Positions 60,201-64,000 of a DNA stretch of 64,000 nt are shown here, piece by piece (position 1 is the stretch's first letter; each line of letters begins with the position of its first letter). The notes under the pieces were generated by a model. That model had not been told where the DNA came from. It made no database searches and saw only the letters and a program-made list of their open reading frames with translations. The position numbers were made by a program, and so were the translations under genes. The DNA is from Bugula neritina (lineage: Eukaryota; Animalia; Bryozoa), in the NCBI GenBank assembly GCA_964035545.1, contig OZ037769.1:6553929-6617928 (forward strand), written 5' to 3'.

Positions 60201-62090
60201 AACTGTCAACATCTATTCAACTTGTCAATATTTACAATTGTATAATAAAATAAAGAAGTTGTATTGTAGTACACTGTGACAAAGGAGATCATGGTGTTTG
60301 ATACGTTATCTAAATTTGCAAATCTGAAGTGCTCTAAAATATCATGTGACTTTGCACCTGGATCTCAAGTAGAGAAAAGGTTAGACAATTGCTATAAAGT
60401 TAATATATATGTTTTACAAAATGCATTAGAGTACAGTGAAAATATTTTGATATATTGATGAAGCATTTGAAAGATAAATTCAGCATGCTTCTATATCGCA
60501 GCATATTAACAAAATAAATTGCAAGCGCAAATTATGTAATTGACTGGTTTAGTTTGCTAGTTTCACCTTAATTAGCTGTTCTCTATATTCAAACAACAGG
60601 AAACGAGCTGCAATTGAATCAGTTACTTTCTACAAAGAGTACTTTTCAAGACTTCCAGGGTATCCTAGATATGACAGAAATAATGATCTCCAAATAGGAG
60701 TTTATGTGAAGGTACCAGGTGTTGGCTACCTCAGACATCAACATTTACTGGAGGTCTTTGGCGATGCAACAGGCAACATCACTTCTGCTACTGGTATTGC
60801 TATTATTTATAACAGTGTGTATTATATACAGGCTGTATGGAGTGCTTAATTGTAAAGTTAGGTTGTTTTTATTTTTGTATATTAGCTCATAAACCTGTCT
60901 AAGAACCACAGCGTGCAATCATGGTTTCATCTCAGATACACACTTCCCGGCTGGACACTTCCCAAACCTCAAACCCCACATAAAACACAAATATTGTATT
61001 AAAATAAATAAAGAGCCATGTGGAAAACTCCAAGTAAGAAATTTAGCTTAGTGTCTAACTGGGAAGCACGTATCTGGAATGATACCGCAATTATATCGTT
61101 TATAGCAGCCTTATTTTTCTAAACATAATTCACTTTAATTTATCTAGGCTTCACAATAATCAATGTTATTGCGCCGTCGGTGTCTTCTATAACCACAACT
61201 CAATCGACTGAGGAGCAAGTAACAGGTTCACCAACTATTAAGCCTTCACTGTACATCAGCATTTGTGTAACTGTTGGATTTCTTACTATTGCTGCTGTGG
61301 CTACTGTCATTACCTGCATAATCTTAAAAGCCAAGTAAGATTTTATTCTTATTTGTAATATCTATATGCAACATTACAAAGAAGCAGTAATTTGATTTAA
61401 ACTTTATGTAGTTTTTGCTGTCTGAAAACATATAGGGTTCTTTTATTTAAACATATTCACACTTGACATAAACTGTGAAAAATGTAATATTTTGAAAAGC
61501 ATTTGAGTTATGATAATTGTTCACTTAATTGCAACATTTAAGCAATATGTACTATATTTGTGTGACAATTGTGCACTTTGCACTAAAATGCTATTCAAAG
61601 CAGTAGTGTTTTAAAGTAAAAGTAAAAGAAAAAATATTGATTCTTCATGACTCTGTTGCAATAAGCGTTAAATTGGTATTTTGCAATTAGGTTTTTATTA
61701 CTTTTTGGTCAAGCTATTTTTACAATTTTGTTTGCATGGTGCTCAAAAAATATAGCTGTTGACCGCTTTAGAACCTGTTCAAAACAAAAAGGGCAGCAGC
61801 TAAAAAATTAGGCTCAGCCTGTTGTGATGGTGACAGTTCACTCTCTCACAACAAAAACAAACAGTCAAATTTTCAAAATTATATGTTTCTTATTCTGTAG
61901 TTAAATATTAGACTGGGTTCTATGCATTAAAAGCAATATCTAAAATTAATATTATACTTGCAGGAAGAAAACAGTTCCCATGCAAGTAGAACTCACTCTT
62001 GAATCCTTGGCATTGAATGACGCTGAATGTCCACCAGCAGTCATTTATTCTGCTAGTGTTCATAACTCAGATGTTACTACATTGCAGTAA
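45282..62090 (+). CDS. MUC4/SUSD2/Mesh-type transmembrane mucin: PTS region, 2x NIDO, AMOP, VWD, EGF/EGF-Ca repeats, TM (~1826 aa)
   Basis: 30 phase-consistent exons summing to 5481 nt: 45282..46011, 46701..46822, 47424..47607, 47979..48088, 49067..49165, 49417..49540, 49711..49922, 50226..50490, 51099..51274, 51802..51895, 52014..52187, 52649..52817, 52927..53089, 53610..53733, 54841..54987, 55345..55625, 55777..55945, 56311..56577, 56667..56887, 57132..57244, 57579..57728, 57817..57986, 58250..58369, 58898..59149, 59504..59626, 59962..60065, 60270..60379, 60600..60793, 61148..61334, 61964..62090. Motifs: [32 protein letters not shown] (NIDO1); [20 protein letters not shown] (NIDO2); [11 protein letters not shown]...QRCCY...[10 protein letters not shown] (AMOP); [22 protein letters not shown] (VWD); DIDEC/DINEC (EGF-Ca); [28 protein letters not shown]. 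Confidence 0.92.
52254..52545. mobile_element. Degenerate hAT-type MITE remnant in an intron
   Basis: Starts CAGGGCTG, with repeated GTGGCCCTC/GGCC subterminal motifs at both ends; no clear TSD. Confidence 0.35.
55011..55220 (-). mobile_element. tRNA-derived SINE, copy 3
   Basis: Reverse complement contains B box GGGTTCGATCCCC and the body shared with 27012..27222. Confidence 0.78.
58004..58210. repeat. Imperfect (CA)n/(CACACG)n microsatellite
   Basis: Direct reading; intronic. Confidence 0.92.
59225..59497. repeat. (ATATT)n pentanucleotide repeat abutting a splice acceptor
   Basis: Direct reading; ends just before CTGCAG at 59498-59503. Confidence 0.92.
60923..61086. mobile_element. 164-bp MITE with GG termini and 8-bp TSD (Merlin- or hAT-like)
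   Basis: GGTTTCATCTCAGATACACACTTCCC ... GGGAAGCACGTATCTGGAATGATACC; flanks GCAATCAT/GCAATTAT; a related left-end fragment lies at ~44493..44530. Confidence 0.7.
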
Positions 62091-63169
62091 TTTCATGAAT
62101 CCCTTTGCCAGTATGTTACCAATATATTGCAATACATTTGCCACACAGTCGAAATCGTTTTATCACCAATGCATTTATTCTTGATTGATTGTCTTAGTTT
62201 AAACCTTAATATGACCAAGTTTTCTCATTTTCTCAAATCCAGAACTTGTCAACCAAATTGAGTAGATTTGAAATATATGTAGAGAACGCTCAGATCCCCG
62301 TGTATACCCGGTTGAAATATGACTATTCCTAAAACAGTACTAAATTCTAGTTGTCGCAAAACAAATACACTTTAATAACTGTATTATTTTTACAGCACAA
62401 CTGTTGACAAAAGGCCTAAAGAGAGAACCACTTTTAAAAATTTTCGGCGGATGACTTATTGCATAAAATTTGATGACTGTAATTTCTGTTTTAAAACAGC
62501 TATAAAACTCTACATTTTGTGATATTTGCCTGCTTAAATATATTATACTGCATTATTTTTACAAAACTACAATTTATTGTTATTTTGGTTATTTCATATT
62601 TTAGTTTAATTAATTTTGAGTTCACCAAATATATAATTTCCAACAGAGTTTATTTGGCTGTTATTATTCATTAAGTTCTGGTACTTCACATCAGCTGCTT
62701 AGTTTGAAAGAGACTGTATGTTCAGTTATATTATTATATAAACACATCCAAAATTCTTCAAGCTTTATCTTTGTTGGCATGTAATGCTATACCCATACAA
62801 TTGTGTAGCAAATTCAAAATTTTGTAAACTTGCAGAGCATGTTTTCCAAAACTCTGTTTCGTTCTGACAAAAATGACCTTACATGTTAAACAACTGAATG
62901 CATGAATAAACAAGTAAAATATTTAAATAATTGTTGGAAGATGTAGACAATAGGAGGTGGGTTGGTTTTATAGGTGATGCAGAACAAAACCACCCAACTA
63001 TACATGTTCAAGTGAAACACAACATGAAACAAAACTTCAAATGACTATACAGAATTTAGATCTTTTATTGAAATATTGAAGATGTAATTTATGCATAAGA
63101 AAAACGTTAAATTTCACAAGTGTAAGCCACGATAAGTTGTGACTTTTTGATAATAATTTGGTACGACAT

Positions 63170-63315
63170 ACACACACACACACACACACCACACACACGC
63201 ACACACACACCACACACGCACGCACACACACACGCACACACACGCACACCACACACGCACACCACACACACTCACCCACACATGCACACACACATACACA
63301 CACCACACACGCACA
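63170..63315. repeat. Imperfect (CA)n microsatellite
   Basis: Direct reading. Confidence 0.9.
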
Positions 63316-64000
63316 TTAAGCATATATACACAAATATTACTCAAAAGGTTAATGACCTAAACTGTAGTTTCATGACATCTTCAATTCGTGTTTAACTCTC
63401 TCAAAATATTGTAAGGTATTTTGGGAGTTATCTTGCTTTATACATACATATGCACACATCCTTATTATATATTTTGGAGTTACCTTTCTTTTATACACAC
63501 ATGTAGGAATTAGTTTTTGACTTACTTTTTTGTTGTGCACACCAATTCAAGGGTTCGTTTTGCTTTTGTGGCATCAATCTGAATTTGGCTGAAATTGGAC
63601 ACTCAAACTTCGGAGGGGGGGGGGGTGCCCGTTTTGTAGGAATTTGGGCGTTCGAATTGCATTCGTTCGAGTGTCTGATTTTGTCCGAATCGAATGCCCA
63701 ATTCTAAATTGGGCATCTGATTGAGATGATCGGATGGCCGACTCCCATTTTTGGACGTTCGAATCTAATTGAATTTAGATAGAATCATTTGGGATTTGCA
63801 CAGCGCCCAACTTCTAGAGTGTAAAAGGGAGAGCTCGCCAGCATAGATTCAGTCTACTGCTTGACCTCAGTGAGAACAAGATTTATATACAGACTTATAT
63901 ACTTTTCTTGGAAGCTTATCAATAAAAACATTTTATATCTGGAATTGTCTTATTTTTGCTCTTAACAAAGAGTTTTGTTCTCTAGTTGAGTTCTTGCAAA

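Noticed and set aside
63500-63815. GC-richer segment with TTCGAAT repeats ending in CGCCCAACTTCTA (possible hAT end)
   Set aside because: Only one plausible terminus and no TSD; too weak to call.

Overview
AT-rich, intron-rich invertebrate animal genomic DNA (species not determinable from sequence; no prokaryotic features). Gene models were built by hand from GT/AG sites and codon phase. Contents: (1) the 3' half of a kinesin-1 heavy chain gene (+, 1-6747) with a candidate 30-nt microexon and two possible C-termini; (2) a ~5-kb-unit tandem array of four intact 4-exon genes (-) for secreted PAN/apple + F-type lectin proteins with a non-canonical fucose motif and mosaic exchange between copies; (3) an unannotated, very cysteine-rich IFI27/ISG12-like membrane protein gene (-) frameshifted by a perfect 92-bp tandem duplication; (4) a small secreted two-TSP1 protein gene (-) whose exon 4 carries a 164-bp CACT-ended MITE that could be spliced out in frame (introner-like); (5) a 30-exon, ~1826-aa MUC4/SUSD2/Mesh-type membrane mucin (+) with two NIDO domains, AMOP, VWD (GDPH), EGF repeats and a probable GC-AG intron. 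Interspersed are tRNA-derived SINEs, several MITE families, a LINE 3' fragment and long microsatellites, including a perfect ~1.26-kb (CA)n. Apart from kinesin, all genes encode secreted or surface proteins of the epithelial-barrier, innate-immune or adhesion type.
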